The notes under the pieces were generated by a model. That model did not search any database. It saw only the letters and a list, made by a program, of their open reading frames with translations, and was not told the DNA's origin. From Candidatus Omnitrophota bacterium (GTDB lineage Bacteria > Omnitrophota > Gorgyraeia > Duberdicusellales > 4484-171): DNA of 64,000 bases. Location: NCBI GenBank assembly GCA_021735045.1, contig JAIPHU010000005.1, positions 647-64,646 of the forward strand. Direction: 5' to 3'. Both the position numbers and the translations under genes were made by a program. Shown in pieces: positions 1-8,651 of this stretch. Each line of letters starts with the position of its first letter. The first letter of the stretch is position 1.

Positions 1-321
1 TATTAGACTATTTAAGTGATTCAACTCGTGTTCTACTACCTTTAAAGTTTTTTTATCAGTAACTCTCATTCCTTGAAAAAAATCTGTTTCGATGCTACTG
101 GCTTTTAATTTTTCAGTAATATTAGGCCCTCCACCATGAACGATTACCGGCCGAATCCCTGCAAATTTAAGAAAAGCTATATCTTCCAGCACAGATTTAC
201 GCACCCTCTCTTCGCCCAAAATAGAACCGCCATACTTTATAACAAAAATCTTTTTATGAAATTTTTTGATATAAGGCAGAGCCTCGATTAAAATATCGGC
301 TTTTTTTATTGCTTCTTCCAT
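1..321 (-). CDS. argB: acetylglutamate kinase, 5' part only (C-terminus lies beyond the window start)
   Basis: Reverse-complement translation from the ATG at 319-321 gives MEEAIKKADILIEALPYIKKFHKKIFVIKYGGSILGEE...VIVHGGGP, the N-terminal glycine-rich motifs of the amino-acid kinase family. It lies downstream of argC-argJ on the same strand. It is missing from the ORF track because it is truncated by the window edge. Confidence 0.8.
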   Translation of the reverse strand, partial: MEEAIKKADILIEALPYIKKFHKKIFVIKYGGSILGEERVRKSVLEDIAFLKFAGIRPVIVHGGGPNITEKLKASSIETDFFQGMRVTDKKTLKVVEHELNHLNSLI

Positions 322-354
322 AACCACAAACTACTAAGTCCTCTTTTAATAATG

Positions 355-1458
355 CTAGTTATATTTAGCGTTTATCTTAACATATTCTGGAGTCAGGTCA
401 CAAGTGTAGACTCTCCAGTTATATTTGCCTCTTTTCAAATTTATTGAAATTTTAATTTCTTTTTTTGCAAATGAACTAAATCCTATATCTAAATCTTCTT
501 CTTTTAATTTAATTTTGGCTTGGCCTAATACTGCAACAATTCTGCCAAGATTAGGATTGTTACCATAAAGTGCACATTTAAATAAGATATAACCAGAAAT
601 TTTTTCCGCTAATCTTTTTGCTTCCCTTTTACTCCTTGCCCCTTTTATGTTCAGTTCTACAAATTTTGTTGCTCCTTCAGCATCTTTGACCATCATCTTA
701 GCAAGATCAATCATTACATTTTGAAGTTCAAGAAAAAATTTCTTTTGTTCTTTTTTAGTCAAAGGTATTTTTTTACTTGAAGCTAAAAACAACGAGTCAT
801 TAGTGCTCTCAGCTGCATCTATGTTTATTGAGTTAAAACTTTTTTCGACAGCCTGTTTTGCATTTTTTCTAAAAGCACCTAAATCAATACCAGCATCAGT
901 TAAGATAAAAGCCAGCATGGTAGCTAAATTTGGCTTTATCATCCCCGAACCTTTAGCTATTCCTGTAATTGTAACCTTTTTTTTACCAAATTTTATAACT
1001 TTAGAGATAATCTTAGTGCAACTATCTGTAGTTAAAATACTTTTGGCAAACTTAACCGGGCTGTCTTCTAGGTTTTCTATAAGCTTAGGAATATTCCTTA
1101 TTACTTTTAATTTTGGCAGCTTTTTTGCAATAATTCCGGTTGAAGCAATTAAGATCTTTTCTTTACCTGTATCCAATTTGCCGGCCAATTTACTTACTAT
1201 CTCTTTTGTATCTTGATAGCCTTTATCATCTGAAAAACAATTAGCATTACCACTATTTACTAAAATAGCAGAAATAGGATTTTTAATGTTTTCCCGAGAC
1301 AAAGAAACTGAATAAGAAACATTTAAATTAGTTGTAAAAAAACCAATCACCCGATAAGGTTGATTGAAGTAAATCATGCCTAAATCATAGCTCTTTTTTT
1401 TAATTCCACAATTTAGGCCACTAGTTAAAAAACCTTGGGGTAATTTATATTCTTTCAT
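355..1458 (-). CDS. argJ: bifunctional glutamate N-acetyltransferase / amino-acid acetyltransferase
   Basis: 367 aa. Contains the ArgJ autoproteolytic ATML motif (KPNLATMLAFILTDA) and typical ArgJ length. Flanked by argC and argB. Confidence 0.9.
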   Translation of the reverse strand: MKEYKLPQGFLTSGLNCGIKKKSYDLGMIYFNQPYRVIGFFTTNLNVSYSVSLSRENIKNPISAILVNSGNANCFSDDKGYQDTKEIVSKLAGKLDTGKEKILIASTGIIAKKLPKLKVIRNIPKLIENLEDSPVKFAKSILTTDSCTKIISKVIKFGKKKVTITGIAKGSGMIKPNLATMLAFILTDAGIDLGAFRKNAKQAVEKSFNSINIDAAESTNDSLFLASSKKIPLTKKEQKKFFLELQNVMIDLAKMMVKDAEGATKFVELNIKGARSKREAKRLAEKISGYILFKCALYGNNPNLGRIVAVLGQAKIKLKEEDLDIGFSSFAKKEIKISINLKRGKYNWRVYTCDLTPEYVKINAKYN

Positions 1459-1477
1459 TTTATTATATCTGTTTTAT

Positions 1478-2497
1478 TTACAGCAAAAGAAGCCCGGTGG
1501 TCTCTTCTAAACCAAACATTAAATTCATATTTTGAACTGCTTGGCCAGCTGCTCCTTTAACTAAATTATCAAGAGACGAAACTACTATTGCCTCATAACC
1601 TTTTTTATCTACCGCAAAACCTATGTCAGAAAAATTTGTTCCTGCTGCATCTTTCAACTTGGGTAGTTTATCGCTAATGCGGATAAAAGGAGAGTCTTGA
1701 TAGTATTTATTATAAATTCTATTTAACTTTTCTTTATTAACTTTTTTCTTAAAAGAAAGATGAATAGTAGAATAGATACCGGATTCAAAACTAGCTACTT
1801 GGGGCAAAAAAGAAAAGCTTAAAGATTTAGTCAGTTTTTCTCCTAAAACTTCAGCCACTTCAGGCTGATGTTGATGGATAAAAGGTTTATAGGCCCAAAA
1901 ATTATTGGCTACATTAGAATAATGATAATCAATGGTTGCCCTTCGGCCTGATCCGGTAATCGATGATTTAGAATCAATTACAATCTTACCTTTTACCAAC
2001 TTCTCTGCCAATAGAGGATACAGAGCAATGATGATTGAAGTTGGGTAACATCCCGGATTTGCTATTAGTTGAGCTTTCTTTATCTTTTCTTTAAACAGCT
2101 CGGTTAAGCCATAAACAGATTTTTTTAAATTTTTTTTATCCTGATGCTCTTTTTTATAAAAAATTTTATAAGTTGAACTTTTTTTGAAACGGTAATCAGC
2201 TGAAAGGTCAATAACTTTTTTACCTTTGGCTAAAATCTTAGGCACAAACTTCATTGAAACAGTATGAGGCAACGATAAAAACAAAAGATCACACGAGTCT
2301 ATAGCCTTTTTAATCTTAAGTGGTTGGCATTTTAATGAAGTTTTTTTAAAAAATTTAGGAAAAATGTCTGAATATAGAGTAGATTTTTTAACCCGAGAAG
2401 CAATATAGGTAAGTTTAACTTCCGGATGTGATAATAAAATCTCAACCAACTTCTCGCCAGTAAAACCCGTAGCTCCTAAAATTCCTACTTTAATCAT
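1478..2497 (-). CDS. argC: N-acetyl-gamma-glutamyl-phosphate reductase
   Basis: N-terminus MIKVGILGATGFTGE is a Rossmann motif, and the active-site cysteine motif ANPGCYPTS is present. I place the start at the ATG at 2495-2497, which gives the canonical ArgC N-terminus. The ORF-track start at 2506 overlaps a -10-like hexamer and is less likely. Confidence 0.88.
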   Translation of the reverse strand: MIKVGILGATGFTGEKLVEILLSHPEVKLTYIASRVKKSTLYSDIFPKFFKKTSLKCQPLKIKKAIDSCDLLFLSLPHTVSMKFVPKILAKGKKVIDLSADYRFKKSSTYKIFYKKEHQDKKNLKKSVYGLTELFKEKIKKAQLIANPGCYPTSIIIALYPLLAEKLVKGKIVIDSKSSITGSGRRATIDYHYSNVANNFWAYKPFIHQHQPEVAEVLGEKLTKSLSFSFLPQVASFESGIYSTIHLSFKKKVNKEKLNRIYNKYYQDSPFIRISDKLPKLKDAAGTNFSDIGFAVDKKGYEAIVVSSLDNLVKGAAGQAVQNMNLMFGLEETTGLLLL

Positions 2498-2504
2498 ACC
2501 AATC

Positions 2505-2533
2505 ATAATAAACGAAAAAGCTTATCCAGTCAA
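2505..2533 (-). promoter_or_regulatory. argC promoter TTGACT-N17-TATTAT positioned for a leaderless transcript
   Basis: On the minus strand, TTGACT (complement of 2528-2533), 17 nt, TATTAT (complement of 2505-2510). Only 7 nt separate the -10 from the ATG at 2495-2497, and there is no SD. Confidence 0.4.
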
Positions 2534-2613
2534 TAGAATTTAGGTTGAAACATCCAGTTAACTGCTAATTCTCTGGACAATAATCCTATTGCCATAGGAG
2601 GGGACGTTTCCCA

Positions 2614-2961
2614 TCAAGTGACTAGCTCTATTTTGTCGCCTAAACTAATATTATTTTGCTTGGCCTTGCCAACCGGTAACTCAATAGTAACATAGGCACC
2701 TTTACAAAAGACAACCCGCCAAGGCGATAAAGAGTTAACTATTCTTTTTACTTTCATCTGACGATCTAGAAATATAATATCAATGGGAAAACGCATAAAA
2801 AAAGTATGGATTGAAGGGGCCTGATAAAAAATAAGAGCTTGATCTTCGGGCAGATTATTTTTAAACATTAGCCCTAATAGACGCAAATAAAATCCAGAGG
2901 CAATTTTGGCAAAACAAGCTATCTCCACGTTTTTAGTTTTATTTACTATCTTATAAAACAT
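2614..2961 (-). CDS. DUF192-family protein (COG1430-like)
   Basis: 115 aa. Recognised from memory as a DUF192-like fold; no catalytic motif identified. Confidence 0.55.
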   Translation of the reverse strand: MFYKIVNKTKNVEIACFAKIASGFYLRLLGLMFKNNLPEDQALIFYQAPSIHTFFMRFPIDIIFLDRQMKVKRIVNSLSPWRVVFCKGAYVTIELPVGKAKQNNISLGDKIELVT

Positions 2962-3343
2962 TTTTTAATTTAGCTAATATATCTTCTGGAATAGTACAGG
3001 CTCTAAAGCTTTTATTTATGCAAGCTAATCTAGTTTCAGCCGAAACCAATAAACTTTTTTCAACTTCGATAAAATGTAAAAACTGCAAAGATGCTGCCTT
3101 TATCTTAGTTAATTTAGTTTTTACTCTAACCACCTGGCCATAAAAAGCAGGCTTTTTGTAGCAAATATTGACATCTTTTACCACAAAAAGGATTCCCTGT
3201 TTTGATAACTCGAGCATATCTATATTTTTATCTGCAAAAAACTCTGTTCTAGCTTCTTCAAAATATTTAAGATAGTTAGCATAATATACCACCCCTCCAC
3301 AATCTGTATCATGATAATATATCTTTTTTTTAATCAGATTCAT
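2951..3343 (-). CDS. acyl-CoA thioesterase, YbgC/4HBT hotdog family
   Basis: 130 aa. N-terminal YHDTDCGGVVYYANYLKYFEEAR matches the YbgC/FcoT hotdog signature (HxTD...V.Y..Y). Confidence 0.7.
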   Translation of the reverse strand: MNLIKKKIYYHDTDCGGVVYYANYLKYFEEARTEFFADKNIDMLELSKQGILFVVKDVNICYKKPAFYGQVVRVKTKLTKIKAASLQFLHFIEVEKSLLVSAETRLACINKSFRACTIPEDILAKLKNVL

Positions 3344-3367
3344 AAGATAAAATATTAAATAAATAGG

Positions 3368-3553
3368 TTATAACTTAAAGAAAAAATCTATAAAAGGATC
3401 ACCAAACTTTCGATCCATTTTTTTTAGCTGATATCCAATATACAGAGAAAAAATACCTAAGATAATCAATACTGCCGCCACAATTAAAGATAATAAAGGC
3501 GGATAAACCGCAATTAAAATACCTGCCAAAAGAAAAATAATTCCTAAAACCAC
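3368..3553 (-). CDS. small two-helix membrane protein (DUF3096-like)
   Basis: 61 aa with two hydrophobic helices. Compact spacing to its neighbours. Confidence 0.35.
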   Translation of the reverse strand: MVLGIIFLLAGILIAVYPPLLSLIVAAVLIILGIFSLYIGYQLKKMDRKFGDPFIDFFFKL

Positions 3554-3555
3554 AG

Positions 3556-4203
3556 CTACCTCCTGTTTTTTATAAATTGATTCATATAATCAGGCCTGTC
3601 TATCTTTATTGTCACCTTCTCTTTACTTATTGGATGCCTCAACTGAATAAAATAAGCACAAAGAGCTAATTTATTAAATTTTATCACAAAATCACGGCCA
3701 AAAGCATATTTTCTCTCTCCGAGGACCGGATGGCCGGCCTTGGCTAGATGAATCCTGATCTGATTAGTTCTTCCTGTTTTAGGAGAAAGTTCTAAAAAAT
3801 CAAAACCTTTACATTTTTTTATAACTTTATAAAAAGTTTCACTACTTTTTGGTTTCTCCTTAAATTTTTTTCCAGCTGCATCCAGAATTAACCCTTTAAA
3901 TATTCCCTTATTTTTTTTAAAATTTCCTTGGGTTAAAGCAAAATACTTTTTGATGATTTTTCTCTTCCGGAATTGATCAGTAATATTTTTATAGGCCTTT
4001 TTAGATTTAGCATAAATCATTAAGCCTTGAGTGTCCTTATCTAGGCGGTGGCAAATATATAAATTTTCCTTTAGTTGTTTTTTTAGCAAAGAAGTTAAAG
4101 TTTGTTTTTCTTTTTTGGGACTAGGCTGAACTACTATTCTGGCTATTTTATTTATAACTAAAAAATACTGATCACTAAATATAATATCAAAACCGTTGCT
4201 CAT
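3556..4203 (-). CDS. RluA-family pseudouridine synthase
   Basis: 215 aa. Catalytic HRLDKDTQG motif (the HRLD...G aspartate motif of the RluA/RsuA family). No S4 domain. Confidence 0.8.
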   Translation of the reverse strand: MSNGFDIIFSDQYFLVINKIARIVVQPSPKKEKQTLTSLLKKQLKENLYICHRLDKDTQGLMIYAKSKKAYKNITDQFRKRKIIKKYFALTQGNFKKNKGIFKGLILDAAGKKFKEKPKSSETFYKVIKKCKGFDFLELSPKTGRTNQIRIHLAKAGHPVLGERKYAFGRDFVIKFNKLALCAYFIQLRHPISKEKVTIKIDRPDYMNQFIKNRR

Positions 4204-4256
4204 AGCTATTTAAAAGAATTCAACCTGTAATTGAAATGATAAAAAAACTAGTTGTT

Positions 4257-4646
4257 TTATGTTTGATACCTTTGGAAAACTTCTTGAATTTTTGTTTTTA
4301 ACTGGTCTATCTGGACTGGTTTTGTAATATAGAATTCATCATAAAGAGAAGCGGCTTTTATCTTTGTTGAGTTATCAGTTTTTGCACTTAGCATAATTAC
4401 TGGAATAGATAACGTTTCTTTGGACTCCTTGATTTTTTTTAAAACTTCAATACCATCAATTTGAGGCATCATTATATCTAAGATAATTAAATCCGGTTTA
4501 TATTTTAATGCTGTTTTAAAAGCATCTTTGGCCCGGCTAACGGTAATCACATGATATTGTTCTTCTATCTCAAGGTTAGCTTTTAGAAAATAAGTCAAAT
4601 CTTCTTCGTCGTCAACCACTAATATTGTTTTTCTTTTATCCTCCAT
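4257..4646 (-). CDS. single-domain response regulator (CheY-like receiver)
   Basis: 129 aa. ILVVDDEED...IILDIMMPQIDG...ITKP carries the conserved Asp and Lys positions of receiver domains. Sits immediately downstream of a histidine kinase. Confidence 0.8.
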   Translation of the reverse strand: MEDKRKTILVVDDEEDLTYFLKANLEIEEQYHVITVSRAKDAFKTALKYKPDLIILDIMMPQIDGIEVLKKIKESKETLSIPVIMLSAKTDNSTKIKAASLYDEFYITKPVQIDQLKTKIQEVFQRYQT

Positions 4647-4684
4647 CTAACACCCCCGTTTATTTTTAAATTATTATTTTTATC

Positions 4685-6730
4685 CTAAAATGATTCAGCT
4701 TGATTATTAATCGGTAATATTATTTTTGCTGTAGTACCTTTGTTCAATTTACTTTCAATTCGCAGCTTACCTTCATTATTTTCAATTATCATTTTACACA
4801 TTGCCAGGCCTAAACCGGTTCCTTTGGTGTCTCTTTTAGTTGTAAAAAAAGGTTCAAAAATTTTAGCTAAATTTTCTTCTGAAATTCCTTCTCCAGTATC
4901 AATTATGTTAATTATGTAGCTACTTTTATTTTTTATTCCCTTAGAACCGGAAACTCTATGCATTTTAATCTTTAGCTTACCACCTTTAGGCATAGCTTCT
5001 ATAGCATTGAGAAAAAGATTAAATAGTACTTGTTGAATTTGATTTTTGTCGCCTACTATCCCTTCAGGACTTTCTTTAACATCATTAACTATTTTAATAT
5101 TTACCAAGGAAACTTTATATTTAAGTAAGGATAAAGTCTCTTGAATTAGTTGTTTTAAATCAATATTTTCACTTTTTCTTGCTGAAGGTTTAGCAAAAGT
5201 AAGTAAATTTTGTACTATATTGTTAGCTCGCAAAGTAGAATCTTTTACTTTTTTTAGAGCAATTACTATATCTTTTTTAGGATCGCTTATTTTTCTTTCT
5301 AAAAATTCCACACCGCCTAAAACCACTCCTAAGGGATTTTTTACTTCATGAGCTATACCAGAAGAAAACCTACCTAAAGCCGCAAGCTTTTCTGATTGGA
5401 CTAAGCTACCTTGGGCCTTTTTTAATTTTGAATAGGCTTCTTTTAAAACTTTATTCTCATAAACACGCTCTTCTTCTGTTCCTATAGCAGAAGCAATCAT
5501 TCCCAGATTATCTTTAACTTTTTTGTCAGGGCAAAAATCCCGTTTATAAAAAGCATAGACAACTCCTCTACTTTCTTCTTTGAATTTCACTGGCGAACCA
5601 ATACAAGTAGAAAAATCATTACGGATAATATTCAAATTTGTTTTTATATATTTAGTTTCATTTAGTTTTCTTATAACTACAAACTGTTTTTGATTTTTTA
5701 AAATATCATATCCAATAGATCCTTCTGATTCTTGATCATCATAGTACTGAGGAGGATGATACCGAGCAAATGAACTTAAACTATCTGTTTTTTGATTGTA
5801 CCTTTTATAAAACACACAAGAAGCCCTTGAGATCTCTCCATATAAATTGACTAATCTCTTAATATTTTCTTGAGGATTACCAATAAGCCCGGAAAGGCAT
5901 TTATTTATATCTGAAACCTGGCTAACTCCTTGTTTATATTTAATTCCTATAGCTACCGCATTGGCTACAGCCATAAGGTATTCATCTGATTCTTTTTCCC
6001 TTTTAGTCCCGGCGGCCACAACAAGATCAACTACCCCCAATAAATCTTCTTGGTATATCAATGGTATGCAATAGTGACTATGTTGTTTAAAGGAATCTGA
6101 TTTTAAGGAGATTGGGCAATCTTTACGATTGCTTGAAAACTGTATAGATTTATCTTCGGCAGCTTTTCCACAAACGCACGTTTGGAATTTTATAGTTTGA
6201 CATTCCTTTACCAAAGCCGCAGGTATACCATAAGAAGCCTGAAGCTCAAGTGAATCGGGTTGGTCTCCTATGAAAAAAGCCATGGCCCCAACGCAGTCTA
6301 TAAAATGCTTCTCAGAAATAATTAAATTGAAAACAAGTTTTATAAAAACTATTGTAGAAATATTATCAAACGACAACTTTAATATAGAATTAGTGGCTCG
6401 ATAGATAAAATATTTGTCCTGAATATTTATATTTTTTTCAATATCCTTTTGGTTTTCTCTAATATAATCAAAATCCTGCCCGCTAGGCAAAGAATAGCTC
6501 TGATCACTATTTCTATTTTTTTCTGATTCTTTCTTTTGAATCTTTTTTTTAGTTTTAAACAGTAGATATAAGTTTCCAGCTAAAATAAAAAATACACCAA
6601 TGAACCTAAATATCAGCTCTTGGAAGTTAAAAGGAAATATTGCATAAAGATAGCTGCCTTCACCGATAAAAAAAGAAAAAGCTGCTAGAATAAGCCAATA
6701 CAATAAGATTAAAACAATAATTAAAAGCAT
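4685..6730 (-). CDS. sensor histidine kinase (N-terminal TM segments, GAF-like region, HisKA + HATPase_c)
   Basis: H-box HEVKNPLG, N-box/G-box near the C-terminus (IDTGEGI...GTGLGLA), and hydrophobic N-terminal helices. The ORF track starts it at a TTG (6754). The first ATG is at 6728-6730 and gives a clean TM N-terminus, so I use 6730. Confidence 0.78.
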   Translation of the reverse strand: MLLIIVLILLYWLILAAFSFFIGEGSYLYAIFPFNFQELIFRFIGVFFILAGNLYLLFKTKKKIQKKESEKNRNSDQSYSLPSGQDFDYIRENQKDIEKNINIQDKYFIYRATNSILKLSFDNISTIVFIKLVFNLIISEKHFIDCVGAMAFFIGDQPDSLELQASYGIPAALVKECQTIKFQTCVCGKAAEDKSIQFSSNRKDCPISLKSDSFKQHSHYCIPLIYQEDLLGVVDLVVAAGTKREKESDEYLMAVANAVAIGIKYKQGVSQVSDINKCLSGLIGNPQENIKRLVNLYGEISRASCVFYKRYNQKTDSLSSFARYHPPQYYDDQESEGSIGYDILKNQKQFVVIRKLNETKYIKTNLNIIRNDFSTCIGSPVKFKEESRGVVYAFYKRDFCPDKKVKDNLGMIASAIGTEEERVYENKVLKEAYSKLKKAQGSLVQSEKLAALGRFSSGIAHEVKNPLGVVLGGVEFLERKISDPKKDIVIALKKVKDSTLRANNIVQNLLTFAKPSARKSENIDLKQLIQETLSLLKYKVSLVNIKIVNDVKESPEGIVGDKNQIQQVLFNLFLNAIEAMPKGGKLKIKMHRVSGSKGIKNKSSYIINIIDTGEGISEENLAKIFEPFFTTKRDTKGTGLGLAMCKMIIENNEGKLRIESKLNKGTTAKIILPINNQAESF

Positions 6731-6780
6731 ATTATGATACCTGCCATTTGCCAATAATAGTTATTATACTATAGAATAAC

Positions 6781-6807
6781 AAGAAAAAAAGGGTAAGGAT
6801 TACCCTT
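6781..6807 (-). terminator. terminator-like hairpin with T7 run upstream of the histidine-kinase promoter (possible insulator)
   Basis: On the minus strand, an 8-bp stem AAGGGTAA/TTACCCTT with loop TCC, then TTTTTTT. It lies ~50 nt upstream of the kinase start, just 5' of a perfect TATAAT (complement of 6763-6768). Confidence 0.4.
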
Positions 6808-6819
6808 ATTAGTTTTTCC

Positions 6820-6848
6820 TTGTATAACAACAGAAAAACAAATACAAT
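6820..6848 (+). promoter_or_regulatory. comF promoter TTGTAT-N17-TACAAT positioned for a leaderless transcript
   Basis: TTGTAT 6820-6825, 17 nt, TACAAT 6843-6848, then 6 nt (AATTTT) before the ATG at 6855. No SD. Confidence 0.4.
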
Positions 6849-6854
6849 AATTTT

Positions 6855-7523
6855 ATGCTAAAAAAATGGCTAGTAACCACAAAAAACTTATTTTTTCCAG
6901 CGGTTTGTTTGGCCTGCGGCAAAAAAATAAAACAAGATTATCTTTGTAGCTCTTGCAAAAAAAAAATTAAAATCCTAAAAGCCCCAACTTGTTACACTCA
7001 GCTAAAAATAAATCACAATAACAATAAAGAAATATTAACAGTGCTTAGCAGTTGCCTCTATAAAGAGCCTCTTAAAAATTTAATACATTCTTTTAAATAC
7101 AAGCGTAACCCCTATTTAGCCGAGTTTTTTTCTCGTTTTATGCTAAAACAACTTAAAGTCATTAAATTTAACCCTCAAAACTATGATTTTGTTGTACCGG
7201 TACCCTTGCATCGATATAAAATAAAAGCTAGAGGTTACAACCAAGCAGAGTTATTGGCTAGGCCATTAGCAAAATATTTTCAATTGCCTTTAAAAGATGA
7301 TATAATAATTTCAAAATATATTAAAAATTCTCAAACTAAGCTTTCCTCACGAAAGCGAAAAGAAAACGTCCAAGGAAAATTTATAGTAAGAAAAAATCTA
7401 AAAAATCAGAATATAATCTTGGTTGATGATGTGCTTACAACCGGAGCTACAATTTCAACCTGTTGGCAAGCTTTAAGCGAAAAAGGTGCAAACAAAATTT
7501 ACTCAACTACTTTAGCAAAATAA
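6855..7523 (+). CDS. comFC: ComF family protein / phosphoribosyltransferase (ComFC-like)
   Basis: 222 aa. N-terminal double CxxC zinc finger (CLACGKK...CSSCKKK) and C-terminal PRTase motif ILVDDVLTTGATIS, typical of ComFC. Confidence 0.75.
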   Translation: MLKKWLVTTKNLFFPAVCLACGKKIKQDYLCSSCKKKIKILKAPTCYTQLKINHNNNKEILTVLSSCLYKEPLKNLIHSFKYKRNPYLAEFFSRFMLKQLKVIKFNPQNYDFVVPVPLHRYKIKARGYNQAELLARPLAKYFQLPLKDDIIISKYIKNSQTKLSSRKRKENVQGKFIVRKNLKNQNIILVDDVLTTGATISTCWQALSEKGANKIYSTTLAK

Positions 7524-7541
7524 TTATAAATACCGATTAAG

Positions 7542-8651
7542 ATGAAAATATTACGTACCTACATTTTAAAAGAATTTTTAACAGTTTTTGGTTTTTCATT
7601 TTTAATAATAAATATCTTTTTTCTCGGCGGAAGTTTATATAAGATATCTGACATGATAATCAGCAAAGGCATTCCGGTTATGTCTGCCCTCAAGGTCTTT
7701 TATTTTATAGCCCCTAGAATCTCAGAGTACACTATACCGCTAGCTTTTTTGTTTGCACTTTTATTAACTCTAGGAAGACTGGTCGTAGATAATGAATTAG
7801 TAGCTATCCAAAGTTCTGGAATCTCATTAATAAAAATTTTCTCAACCTTTCTTTTGATTGGCTTAATTTTTTCTCTGTTTTTACTTTTCTTAAAAAGCAA
7901 GGTTATCCCCGATACCAACTACCGTTATCACACTCAGCTAAAAAGCACCTATTCTAAAAATTTACCGGCTTTAATCGAGCCCGGAGTTTTTCTGGATGAA
8001 TTTAAAAATCATATTCTTTATGTCACAGATAAAAGTAACCAAGATTTAAAGAATGTCTACATCTACAAAACAGATAAAAAAGAAGATATAACCGAAATCA
8101 CCTTTGCAAAAAGGGGCAAATTTGTCATAGACAAAAATACTTTAAAAATAAAGCTTGAGCAAGGTTTTCGAGATATCACAAACCCCGATAATGAAACTGG
8201 GCCTTATCGCCTAAATTTTAAAAGATTTTTTATGGATCTACCTATGCAGAAGAAAAAAGAAAAGATAATCAAGAAAAAGACTAAGGATATGCGCCTCGAA
8301 GAATTAAAGCAAAAAATAAATGATTTTGAGAAAAAAACTCAGGGAAAAACAGAAACAACTATGCCAACAGAGTTCTTAGCAGAATTCCATCGAAGAATAA
8401 GCTTTTCTTTTGCCCCAATTGCATTTGCAATTTTAGGCTTTGGAATTTCAATGACTATAAAACACCGAGAAAAATCAATAAATTTCATAATTGCAGCTGT
8501 CACAGCAGGTATATACTATCTTCTTTTTCTTCTTGGTGAAACCCTAGCTGAATACCATATGTTGCCTCCTCCTCTAGCTATGTGGTTACCTAATATAGCA
8601 ATAACCTTAGTAGGTATTTTCCTTTTTTACCGATATGCGAATTTTAGATAA
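7542..8651 (+). CDS. lptF: LPS export ABC permease, LptF/LptG (YjgP/YjgQ) family
   Basis: 369 aa. Six predicted TM segments with a central periplasmic beta-jellyroll region. One of a tandem LptF/LptG pair. Confidence 0.78.
   Translation: MKILRTYILKEFLTVFGFSFLIINIFFLGGSLYKISDMIISKGIPVMSALKVFYFIAPRISEYTIPLAFLFALLLTLGRLVVDNELVAIQSSGISLIKIFSTFLLIGLIFSLFLLFLKSKVIPDTNYRYHTQLKSTYSKNLPALIEPGVFLDEFKNHILYVTDKSNQDLKNVYIYKTDKKEDITEITFAKRGKFVIDKNTLKIKLEQGFRDITNPDNETGPYRLNFKRFFMDLPMQKKKEKIIKKKTKDMRLEELKQKINDFEKKTQGKTETTMPTEFLAEFHRRISFSFAPIAFAILGFGISMTIKHREKSINFIIAAVTAGIYYLLFLLGETLAEYHMLPPPLAMWLPNIAITLVGIFLFYRYANFR

Noticed and set aside
803-1216. 137-aa ORF on the plus strand inside argJ
   Set aside because: It is fully antisense to a well-supported argJ coding region. 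The sequence is low-complexity and hydrophobic, typical of a reverse-frame artefact in AT-rich DNA.
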